DNA of 26,083 bases, from positions 1 through 26,083 of the IMG/VR virus record IMGVR_UViG_3300021082_000087. One strand, 5' to 3'. Below the pieces are notes generated by a model, which did no database searches, had not been told where the DNA came from, and saw only the letters and a program-made list of their open reading frames with translations. Below are positions 1-7,048 of the stretch, piece by piece. Made by a program: the position numbers and the translations under genes. The DNA is from a virus (lineage: Duplodnaviria; Caudoviricetes). The stretch's first letter is position 1; every line of letters starts with the position of its first letter.

Positions 1-57
1 GTCAGGGGCAAATCGGCCAGTTTCGGCCCCCTCCCCCCGCGCCACCATGCACCCCCG
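1..57 (-). other. Putative cos-proximal region (genome end downstream of HNH)
   Basis: Minus strand reads GGGGGGAGGGGGCCGAAACT...CCCTGAC up to the window edge. G-rich tracts of this kind typically precede cosN in HNH/terS-type cos phages. Confidence 0.55.
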
Positions 58-96
58 GTGCAATAATATTTGGTGTGGTTTCATTGAACATCGACG

Positions 97-525
97 CTAA
101 CCCCTGTTTTTTGCCCGTAGATAAGATTTGGTATCGAGCTGGTAGGGTGCAGCCTTCGTACCCCTGTTTGCTGTCAGGCGGGCCTGTGCGGGCGCAGTAG
201 CGGGCATGTTCCAGGGATGGGCAGGGTCGAGCGGCCACCCATCAGGGGTACTGCCACCAGCCAGCACGTCGCCTGCCTTGCGCTCATGGTGCTGCTTGGC
301 CTGGCCATGGCACTGACTGCACAGGGTTTGCAGATTGGCAGGATCAAGCGCCAGGTCAGGGCGCACCGAGCGTGGGGTGACGTGGTCGACGGTCATGCCC
401 TTTGGCCCCTTGGCATGGCACATGACGCAGTGTGGATGGCGCTTCAGGTGCCTTGCCCTCGCAATGGCCCATGCCCTGCTGATGAGGAAAGCGCGACCCG
501 CACCGACTGGTAGCCTCATGGTCAT
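97..525 (-). CDS. HNH endonuclease, HK97 gp74-like terminase cofactor
   Basis: CVMC...TVDHVTP...NLQTLCSQCH motif; located next to the cos/terS junction; ATGA overlap with the upstream gene. Confidence 0.9.
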   Translation of the reverse strand: MTMRLPVGAGRAFLISRAWAIARARHLKRHPHCVMCHAKGPKGMTVDHVTPRSVRPDLALDPANLQTLCSQCHGQAKQHHERKAGDVLAGGSTPDGWPLDPAHPWNMPATAPAQARLTANRGTKAAPYQLDTKSYLRAKNRG

Positions 526-1079
526 GCCTCGCCCTTCCGCAAAAGCTTCAGCCGGCTATCCATGGCCAGGCGTGCCAGGCGTTCTTTGCTGGTTTCGGCC
601 CGGCGTGCGCGCGGCCCGGAACCCCCGTTCAGTGCAGGGTCGCGCGCGGCATCAGTAAGATTCTCTGATTCTGAATCATGATTAATGTGACTGTGACTGT
701 GATTGCTATGCTCGACTATTGCTTGGTCTATGCTTGCTCTATGACCCCAGCGTGTAGCTGCACCGTTTTTGCCGCGCTTGATGGCTGCGTCTTTTCTGTC
801 AAATGCCTCAGATAGTTCGCGCTCGATCCTCTCGTGATACCAGCGCCCGTTTTCGATCTTGAAGAAGGCCGAAAGAGTCGGTTTTAGGCGTGCCCACACT
901 ACCCCCTGCGCGCGCACGATTTTAGAGAGGCGCGCGTCGTCATCCGGCAGAGCTTTTCCCGTCACCCAATAGTGCGCGATCAGCAGCAGATAGGCGCCGT
1001 GCTGGCCCGTCGTCAGATGGCCGGTGTCGCGCAGATAGTCGCCCCAATACATCGGCATCCAGGCGGTCGGCTTGGCCAT
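522..1079 (-). CDS. YdaU/DUF1376-family phage replication initiator (O-like)
   Basis: WMPMYWGDYLRDTGHLT..HGAYLLLI..YW..G..LP.D...L N-terminus and W.HERIE.E motif; lies downstream of cro. Confidence 0.88.
   Translation of the reverse strand: MAKPTAWMPMYWGDYLRDTGHLTTGQHGAYLLLIAHYWVTGKALPDDDARLSKIVRAQGVVWARLKPTLSAFFKIENGRWYHERIERELSEAFDRKDAAIKRGKNGAATRWGHRASIDQAIVEHSNHSHSHINHDSESENLTDAARDPALNGGSGPRARRAETSKERLARLAMDSRLKLLRKGEA
660..745. repeat. Candidate replication origin: short repeats in an AT-richer tract inside the initiator gene
   Basis: TGTGAC-TGTGAC-TGTGAT and repeated CTATGCT/CTATTGCT words; AT-rich stretch at 655-690. Lambdoid origins lie inside the O-like gene. Confidence 0.45.
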
Positions 1080-1091
1080 GAGGTCGCCCCT

Positions 1092-1328
1092 CTAGGCTTT
1101 GCGCCGCGTGCCCTTGCTTGGCGGATCGCCAAAGACGTCCGGCCGCAGCTCGTAGCGCGTGACCTTGCCGCCGGTGACCCGTTCGATGGCAAGGCACATA
1201 TCGGCGGGAACCTTCTTGTCGCGGTGCAGCCATTTGCCGACGTGGCCTTGCTGCTTGCCGAGGAGCGCGGCGAGCCTGCCCTGGGTGCCGATTTCGCAAA
1301 TTGCTTTTTGAAGTGCCTCGATGCTCAT
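1092..1328 (-). CDS. cro: Cro-like (YdaS-family) HTH regulator
   Basis: GTQGRLAALLG..Q..V.KW...VPA..C.AIE..TGGKVTRYELRPDVF signature; divergent from the repressor. Confidence 0.9.
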   Translation of the reverse strand: MSIEALQKAICEIGTQGRLAALLGKQQGHVGKWLHRDKKVPADMCLAIERVTGGKVTRYELRPDVFGDPPSKGTRRKA

Positions 1329-1334
1329 GCTGCA

Positions 1335-1363
1335 CTTATACCGTTAGGTATTGCCGCGCTCAA
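1335..1363 (-). promoter_or_regulatory. PR-like sigma70 promoter for cro (leaderless)
   Basis: Minus strand: TTGAGC, 17 nt, TATAAG, 6 nt, then ATG (1328). Confidence 0.7.
1336..1353. promoter_or_regulatory. Operator (OR-type) TTATAC-CGTTAG-GTATTG
   Basis: Matches CAATAC-N6-GTATTG; overlaps the cro -10 and spacer. Confidence 0.7.
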
Positions 1364-1378
1364 TACCCTAGTGTATTG
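1361..1378. promoter_or_regulatory. Operator (OR-type) CAATAC-CCTAGT-GTATTG
   Basis: Perfect 6-bp inverted half sites; overlaps the cro -35 and the cI -35 region. Confidence 0.8.
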
Positions 1379-1388
1379 CAGGACGAAA

Positions 1389-1394
1389 TATCAT
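1389..1394 (+). promoter_or_regulatory. PRM-like -10 element for the repressor (leaderless)
   Basis: TATCAT 6 nt before ATG 1401; no SD; poor -35 covered by an operator. Confidence 0.55.
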
Positions 1395-1400
1395 GCGCCA

Positions 1401-1796
1401 ATGGCGACTTTGGGCGACCGGGTTAAGCAGAAAAGGATCAGCCTGGGTTGGTCACAGGCCGAGCTGGCGGCCCGCGTGTCAAAAATCCTGCGCCGCAAGG
1501 TTAGCCAGGTCGCCATCCACCACATCGAAAGCCGCGGCAATGTCAGCCCGCGTTTCGTCGTTGAATTGGCGCACGTCCTGGGCGTCAGCCTGTCCTGGCT
1601 ACAGCACGGCCGCGAGGATCAGCCGCCGGCGGCCGGAAAAGACGCGCCGGCCGGGTTCATAGGCCATTCAAGCGAGCCGTCACAGGCGTTGCTCGACATG
1701 CTTATGGAACAAATCTATCAGATGCCCGAAGGTTCAGCCGAGGAGAAAGCCGTGCTGACCATTATGCGACACTTGAAGAAGCAGCCGAAGCCCTGA
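1401..1796 (+). CDS. CI-like XRE-family HTH repressor (131 aa, no S24 peptidase domain)
   Basis: LGDRVKQKRISLGWSQAELAA...SQVAIHHIE.RG...ELAHVLGVSLSWL; divergent from cro and flanked by operators. Start moved from ORF-track 972 to ATG 1401. Confidence 0.88.
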   Translation: MATLGDRVKQKRISLGWSQAELAARVSKILRRKVSQVAIHHIESRGNVSPRFVVELAHVLGVSLSWLQHGREDQPPAAGKDAPAGFIGHSSEPSQALLDMLMEQIYQMPEGSAEEKAVLTIMRHLKKQPKP

Positions 1797-1805
1797 AGGT
1801 TTCGA

Positions 1806-1823
1806 CAATACCTAGTTGTATTG
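1806..1823. promoter_or_regulatory. Operator (OL-type) CAATAC-CTAGTT-GTATTG
   Basis: Perfect half sites, same consensus as the OR sites. Confidence 0.8.
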
Positions 1824-1837
1824 ACGCTCGATCTGGA

Positions 1838-1855
1838 CGATACCTAGTGGTATTG
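1838..1855. promoter_or_regulatory. Operator (OL-type) CGATAC-CTAGTG-GTATTG
   Basis: One mismatch to the consensus; overlaps the -35 of the early promoter. Confidence 0.75.
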
Positions 1856-1880
1856 ACTCATATATAACGATTGGTATTGT
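1853..1880 (+). promoter_or_regulatory. PL-like early promoter, with a weak third operator at 1862-1879
   Basis: TTGACT, 16 nt, TATTGT; ATATAA-CGATTG-GTATTG overlaps the -10. Confidence 0.6.
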
Positions 1881-1946
1881 AGTTCCAGGCTGGTCACGCC
1901 GCCGCGGGAATTGTCCCAGAGCGAAGCGCAGCCCTGGAGACCTGTC

Positions 1947-2918
1947 ATGACGTTTACACCGCACTTCAAGCTCGACCTGACGACCGCCTCATCGCAGGCG
2001 TTCAACAACCTCCTCGAGGAGTTCGAGGCCTGGCGGGCCGAGCAGCCGCCGCGGCCGCTGAACCTCACCAACGGCTGGACGACGATCGATCAGGAGGCCG
2101 CCGAAGGCCTGCTGCTGCGCAGTCCGATCGGCGGCAACCGCAAGCCGGCCCTGCCGACCATCAAGTACTACGCCCGCCAGATGCTCGCTGGCGAGTGGAA
2201 GAAGACCGGACAGCCGGTCCTGGTCAATGCAAGCGGCAAGGTGGAAGACGCCAGCCATCGCCTGTGGGCGTCATACCTCTCGGGCGCGTCGTTCCCGACC
2301 TACGTCATCACCGACGTTCCCGACGATCCGACGCTGTTCGCCTACATCGACAACGGCAGGGCGCGGTCGGCCGCGGATGCCCTGTCGACCGCCGGTCTGA
2401 ACGGCGTGGCCAAGCAGATGTCGGCCGTCGTCTCGATGGCGCTGCAGTACGAGCACAACTGCTTCACCGCGACGACCAAGAAGCCGATGGACAAGCTCCC
2501 GCCCATCAAGTTCGTGGAGTACGTCCAGACGCATCCCAACCTCAAGCTCGGCACCCGCCTGATGAACGGCGAGTACCAGGCGGCAGCCACGGTCATCGGG
2601 CACAAGGATGTGGCTGGCTTCGCGGCCTACCAGATCATCGAGCTGCACGGTGAGGATGTCCTCGACTCGTTCGCCAACGAGCTCGGCACGATCGTTGACG
2701 ATCCGGCCGAGGGCGATCCGCTCGAGGCGCTGCGCAAGGTGATGGCGGACGATGAGCGCTCGCTCACGCCGATGAAGAAGCACCAGGTGCTGGGCCACGT
2801 CATCAAGGCCTTCAACGCCTGGCTGCGTCACGAGTCGGTCAAGCGCATCCAGCTCCGCGTCAACGAGGTCTTTCCGCACTTCGTGAGGCCGGCGCCGCTG
2901 CAGCAGGCGGCGGAGTAG
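1947..2918 (+). CDS. ParB/Srx-fold (DGQHR-like) phage protein
   Basis: NRK...YARQM.AGEW...G.P......G.VEDASHRLWA...IDNGRARS pattern; GGAGA SD before ATG 1947. Confidence 0.65.
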   Translation: MTFTPHFKLDLTTASSQAFNNLLEEFEAWRAEQPPRPLNLTNGWTTIDQEAAEGLLLRSPIGGNRKPALPTIKYYARQMLAGEWKKTGQPVLVNASGKVEDASHRLWASYLSGASFPTYVITDVPDDPTLFAYIDNGRARSAADALSTAGLNGVAKQMSAVVSMALQYEHNCFTATTKKPMDKLPPIKFVEYVQTHPNLKLGTRLMNGEYQAAATVIGHKDVAGFAAYQIIELHGEDVLDSFANELGTIVDDPAEGDPLEALRKVMADDERSLTPMKKHQVLGHVIKAFNAWLRHESVKRIQLRVNEVFPHFVRPAPLQQAAE

Positions 2919-2939
2919 ATCCGTCGAGGGGACGAACCT

Positions 2940-2977
2940 GTGGGGGCGCTCGGCTTTGGGGCGCCCCCATCTTTCTC
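2940..2977 (+). terminator. Probable intrinsic terminator after the ParB-like gene
   Basis: Stem of about 11 bp (TGGGGGCGCTC / GGGCGCCCCCA, one G-U) followed by TCTTTCT. Confidence 0.65.
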
Positions 2978-2991
2978 GGAGGGATGTGACG

Positions 2992-3864
2992 ATGACGAAC
3001 GAAATGCCGGTGCCGACACACAGCACCAACCAGGCCGATCCGCTGGCCGAGCGCTGGCGCGCCGCCTATGACAGGGCCGCCAACGCCCAGAAGCGATCCG
3101 AGGGCGCCCGTGAGGAATGGATAGATGCGACGCTCGAACTCGGCGAGGTCGTTCTGCAGGCCCGCAGGCAGTACCCGGACAATAATGCATTCGGCGGCTG
3201 GCTCGTGCGAAACGGCCTGCGGATCTTGTCTGCAAATGAGGTCATGGCCCTGATGGGCTTCGCCCGCGACCCTGAGGCGGGGCGCAAGCTTCTCCAGGCA
3301 AGCAGGGGGTGGGCTTGGCGCACCGTCTGGGAAAACAAGCAGACCCGCGAGCGGCGGCCTCTTACCGAAACGGGGAAGAGGCCACCAGCGCCCCATTCAC
3401 GTAGATCCGGCTCCGCCAGGGCCAAGCGAGCCCAGCGCATCCCCGACGTCATGCAGGACCAGCCGCCCCGCCCGCAGCCGGCGGCGGTGAGGATCAAGGG
3501 CCTGACCCGCGAGGAGGTCGACCCCGACTTCAAGGGAAACGCGATCGAGTTCTCCGCCAAGTACGGCCCCGTCAACATCCACACCAAGGACGAGCTCGAG
3601 CGCAGCAAGCGGCAGGATGCGCTGCAGAAGTGGCTGGGTGCCGCGACAAGCTTGGGGGCTCTCGCCCGACCCGATCCGGCAACCCTGGCGGAATGGGCGG
3701 CCAAGCCCGGCAGGGCCGCCAGGGTGAGCGATTTGCAGGCCGCACTCAGGCAAGCGGCAGATCTGCTGGAGACGGTTTGTCCGAAGCCCAGGGAGCAAAT
3801 TGCCCCGGTAGAGATTTGCTCTCCGCCGAATGTCCAGAGCGTCATCCCGCCATGCCCATCGTAA
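2992..3864 (+). CDS. Hypothetical protein with a DUF3102-like N-terminal region
   Basis: LELGEVVLQARRQYP....FGGWL resembles the DUF3102 pattern; GGAGG SD before ATG 2992. Confidence 0.55.
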   Translation: MTNEMPVPTHSTNQADPLAERWRAAYDRAANAQKRSEGAREEWIDATLELGEVVLQARRQYPDNNAFGGWLVRNGLRILSANEVMALMGFARDPEAGRKLLQASRGWAWRTVWENKQTRERRPLTETGKRPPAPHSRRSGSARAKRAQRIPDVMQDQPPRPQPAAVRIKGLTREEVDPDFKGNAIEFSAKYGPVNIHTKDELERSKRQDALQKWLGAATSLGALARPDPATLAEWAAKPGRAARVSDLQAALRQAADLLETVCPKPREQIAPVEICSPPNVQSVIPPCPS

Positions 3865-4052
3865 AAATCCTGACTGTGGCCGCCGTCGCGCTGGCGCTGA
3901 CCGCCTGCGGTGATCCCGAGCGCGCCCAGGCGATTGGCGCCAGTTTTAACAAAGGCTTTTCCAACGGCCTGCGTTACCCGTCGTCGTCCACGACTCGTTG
4001 CACGACGATCAGCCGCAAGGGTTTTTCTGAAACAACCTGTCATCGCCGGTGA
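3852..4052 (+). CDS. Small lipoprotein (66 aa)
   Basis: MPIVKILTVAAVALALTA-C lipobox signal peptide; two further Cys in the mature part. Confidence 0.65.
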   Translation: MPIVKILTVAAVALALTACGDPERAQAIGASFNKGFSNGLRYPSSSTTRCTTISRKGFSETTCHRR

Positions 4053-4056
4053 ACCA

Positions 4057-4263
4057 ATGACCCCCCGCCTCAAAGTGAACGATACCGTCATTCACCGCAT
4101 CTACGGCCGCGCAGTGCTCCAGGGTTACTACTTCAACCCAGGAGACCAGCCGCAGGCCCGGATACGGGTTTTCGGTGAGCGCGCGCCGCGCCGCGTCTGG
4201 CTGCACGATCTGGAAAAGGAGCCGTCGCCGCTGGCGAGGCCTGAACTGTACGTCGTGACATGA
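4057..4263 (+). CDS. Small SH3/Tudor-like protein (68 aa)
   Basis: LKVNDTVIHRIYGRAVL...ARIRVFGE resembles the UvrD/PcrA C-terminal Tudor pattern; ATGA-coupled to the next gene. Confidence 0.55.
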   Translation: MTPRLKVNDTVIHRIYGRAVLQGYYFNPGDQPQARIRVFGERAPRRVWLHDLEKEPSPLARPELYVVT

Positions 4264-4550
4264 ACCTGCCCGTGCGCGCGCTTCTGCTCGGCGCGGTGGC
4301 GTGGCTGGTGCTGGTCGCCGTCATCTTCTGCGCTTTGCGGGCCTTTGCGGCCGACTATGAGATCATGGCCGAGCGGCCCGGCGCCGAGCTGCGCGTCGAC
4401 GAGCCGAACGTGCGGCGGATGGGCGGGACCTTCCCGAGCCGCGTCGATTGCCTGGAGGCAATCAGCCTGTCGCGCGCCGAGGCTGGATGGCGCCTGCGGT
4501 GCCGGCCCGTCCAGCGCGCGCCCGTGCCCTTGCTGAAAGCCGACAAGTGA
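4260..4550 (+). CDS. Hypothetical membrane-anchored or secreted protein
   Basis: N-terminal hydrophobic helix ending AFA; 4-nt overlaps at both ends. Confidence 0.6.
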   Translation: MNLPVRALLLGAVAWLVLVAVIFCALRAFAADYEIMAERPGAELRVDEPNVRRMGGTFPSRVDCLEAISLSRAEAGWRLRCRPVQRAPVPLLKADK

Positions 4551-4903
4551 CCGCGCCCGTTCCCATCTGGCCGCCGACGCCTGGCTATTACCGGATGCGC
4601 CTGGTCAGGCACGGCCCGCGCGTCGCGGTGCATATCTGGTTTGGCCAGCCGGTGATGGACGGCGAAACGCTCGACCGCAGCCCGCGCTGGTGCGTCGCCA
4701 TCGACGGCCGCACGACCGACGACGCCGGCGAGCTGTTTCACGTGGAACAGGCCTGGCCATACTGCGCAAAAGAGCCGATTCCGGCCGGCGTCTATCACTA
4801 CATGGTGGCGCACGCCGGCTGGGCGCGCTTGCATGATGCCGAGCACCCCAAGGCACGGCCGCGCCGGCCGATTGATTTCCACAAGCTGCCGTTGAGGTTC
4901 TGA
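4547..4903 (+). CDS. Conserved-looking phage hypothetical protein (118 aa)
   Basis: GTGA overlap start; PGYYRMRLVRHGP.V.V.IW...DRSPRW...AWPYCA.EPI pattern recalled from proteobacterial phages. Confidence 0.7.
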   Translation: MTAPVPIWPPTPGYYRMRLVRHGPRVAVHIWFGQPVMDGETLDRSPRWCVAIDGRTTDDAGELFHVEQAWPYCAKEPIPAGVYHYMVAHAGWARLHDAEHPKARPRRPIDFHKLPLRF

Positions 4904-4904
4904 A

Positions 4905-5762
4905 ATGGACGTGATCCCGCCGACGATTGGCCACAACAGGCCGCCGGATGCGGTCGAGCTGTTGCGCTCGCACCTGGTCGACACGCACACCGCGCTGATG
5001 GAACGCGCCGACGAGCTTTTAGGCCTGGCCGAGCGCTTGCCGCCGGTCGAGCAAATGAACGACGACTGGGCAGACAAGATTGCCGAGGCCGTCAAGAGCT
5101 GTACCAAGTTCATCAAGCACGCCGAGGCCGCGAGGCTCGCCGCCAACGATCCGCACCGCCAGTTGATTGCGGCCTGCGATGCTTTCTTCAAGAGCATGAG
5201 CGAGCCGATTCGGGTTCTGAAAACCCGCATGGAGGCACGCCACCTCACGCCCTGGCAGAAGAAGAAAGCCGCCGACGAGCTGCACCGCCGGATGGCCGCC
5301 GCCGCCGAGGCGCACCGGATAGCCGAGGAAGAACGCGCACGCGCACGCGCCGAGGCCGAGGCGCTGGCCGAGCTGAAGCGCGCCGAGGCCGCGGCCAGGC
5401 AAGCCGACGATGCCGCCGAGCTGGAGCGCGTGGCCGCCGAGCGCGCCGAGCAGGAAAAGCAGGCCGCCGCTGCACGCGAGCGCGCCAGGGTCGCCGCCCA
5501 GGAACGCAACGTCACCGAGCGCGCCGCCCAGGCAAACGCCGCCGACCTGTCGCGCTCGCGCTCCGATCTTGGCGCACTGGCCAGCCTGCGAACGACCTAC
5601 GGATATCACATCGTCAATCCCGACAGGATTCCGCGGGCCTACCTGTCGGTGAACGAACCGGCGATCCGCGCCGCCATCCGCGCCGCCACCAGGGACGGCG
5701 TTTGCCAGCTCGATATTCCAGGCGTCGATATTTTTCCGATAACCAATACCGTGGTGCGATGA
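4905..5762 (+). CDS. Coiled-coil phage protein upstream of recT (IGHN.PP N-terminus)
   Basis: Long Ala/Glu/Arg helix; C-terminal beta region ending IPGV.I, as in Gp157/Gam-like recombination neighbours. Confidence 0.7.
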   Translation: MDVIPPTIGHNRPPDAVELLRSHLVDTHTALMERADELLGLAERLPPVEQMNDDWADKIAEAVKSCTKFIKHAEAARLAANDPHRQLIAACDAFFKSMSEPIRVLKTRMEARHLTPWQKKKAADELHRRMAAAAEAHRIAEEERARARAEAEALAELKRAEAAARQADDAAELERVAAERAEQEKQAAAARERARVAAQERNVTERAAQANAADLSRSRSDLGALASLRTTYGYHIVNPDRIPRAYLSVNEPAIRAAIRAATRDGVCQLDIPGVDIFPITNTVVR

Positions 5763-6433
5763 TGGCTGAAGTAACCCCGCTGCCCGTTCCCAAGCCGCCG
5801 CTGGTCGCCGGCAACAGCGTGTTGGCAATCGTGCCCAAGGATTTCGAGTCGGCCTATCGGCTGGCCAACGTCGTGTTTACCGCCGGCATGGCGCCCAGGA
5901 GCCTCGACAGCGTCGAGAAATGCACGGTCGCAATCATGCACGGCCTCGAGCTGGGCTTGACGCCCATGGCCGCCCTCCAATCCATCGCCATCATCAACGG
6001 CCAGCCGGCGTTGTTTGGCGATGGCCTGATGGCCCTGGTCCGCGGCAGCGGGTTGCTGGAGGACATGACCGAGACTTGCGAGCACGACGCCAACGGCCCG
6101 ACCATCGCCGTCTGCCAGGTCAAGCGGCGCGATCAGCCGACATGGATAGGCCATTCCTTCACGCGCGCCGAGGCCCAGCGCGCCGGCCTCTGGAAAAAGC
6201 AGGGACCATGGACGCAATACCCGCAGCGCATGATGCAAATGAGAGCGCGTAGCTGGGCCTTGCGCGACGCCTTTGCCGACGTGCTGCGCGGCATCAGGTC
6301 GGCCGAGGAAATGCTGGACGTTACCGCGGCCGGGTCCAGCTCGACGGCGCCGCCACCGGAACCGCGCCGGGCGGATTTCACCGACGCGGAGGCCGATCCC
6401 GCGGCCGACAACAAGGTCGAGGCCAAGCCATGA
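5759..6433 (+). CDS. recT: RecT-family single-strand annealing protein
   Basis: GLELGLTPMAALQSIAIINGQP...A.RAGLW.K.GPW.QYP.RM...RA...ALRDAFADVL.G. Confidence 0.88.
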   Translation: MMAEVTPLPVPKPPLVAGNSVLAIVPKDFESAYRLANVVFTAGMAPRSLDSVEKCTVAIMHGLELGLTPMAALQSIAIINGQPALFGDGLMALVRGSGLLEDMTETCEHDANGPTIAVCQVKRRDQPTWIGHSFTRAEAQRAGLWKKQGPWTQYPQRMMQMRARSWALRDAFADVLRGIRSAEEMLDVTAAGSSSTAPPPEPRRADFTDAEADPAADNKVEAKP

Positions 6434-6612
6434 CCGACATTGTGGAGCGGCTACGCGAAATCGACACTGACCAGAAATATCTAATGGAAGATGTGCTGGA
6501 AGCCGCGGCCGAAATCGAGCGGCTGCGCGCTTTGGCACACGCCTTGGAGCTTTCACTGCAAGAGATCGGGCGCGTCCTTGGAGCCTACGTCACCACCACG
6601 AGCGAACCATGA
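6430..6612 (+). CDS. Small phage hypothetical protein
   Basis: MTDIVERLR...AAAEIERLR motif common in phage early regions; ATGA overlaps. Confidence 0.7.
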   Translation: MTDIVERLREIDTDQKYLMEDVLEAAAEIERLRALAHALELSLQEIGRVLGAYVTTTSEP

Positions 6613-7013
6613 GCGACCAGAACGGCCGGAGCTGGCTGCACAGGCGAACGCGCCCGCGGCTGGTACGCGAGGACAGGGTGAGCCTTGAAGGCCTCCCCAC
6701 GGCCGAGGAACTGGCCCAGCAGCCCCACCAGGGCGACGATGCCGACAGGTTTACGCTCTACACGCCGGCCCAGGTCGAGGCCGAATCGAAAGACGTGAAG
6801 ATTTGCCTTACGTTTGGCGAGCCGATCAGGATACGCGACCAGGCGGAAATGGTCATTGCGGCGATGCGGGCGATTATCGAAAAGACGCGGGCGCACGATC
6901 TCGGGTCCATCAGACAAAGAATCGAGTGCCGCGCCGAAGCCGCCTCTTGCGGTCGTGCCCTCAGTCGGTTCAATGGGCGCACGCCGCACGGCGATTCCCG
7001 GCGCAAGCGTTGA
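6609..7013 (+). CDS. Hypothetical protein, last gene of the early arm
   Basis: ATGA-coupled 134-aa ORF ending 35 nt before the dif-like site. Confidence 0.65.
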   Translation: MSDQNGRSWLHRRTRPRLVREDRVSLEGLPTAEELAQQPHQGDDADRFTLYTPAQVEAESKDVKICLTFGEPIRIRDQAEMVIAAMRAIIEKTRAHDLGSIRQRIECRAEAASCGRALSRFNGRTPHGDSRRKR

Positions 7014-7048
7014 TCTGGAATCCATCGCAGCCTTGGTAGGCCCGGCGT

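Noticed and set aside
100-169. 10-nt repeat ACCCCTGTTT at 100 and 160 near the left end
   Set aside because: Short, inside the HNH 3' end and only two copies; could be chance, although a packaging-site role is not excluded.
972-1400. N-terminal extension of the repressor ORF, and similar extensions of the capsid, terL, gpJ, gpK and neck ORFs in the track
   Set aside because: The extensions overlap neighbouring genes or promoters; downstream starts with SD or stop-start overlaps fit better.
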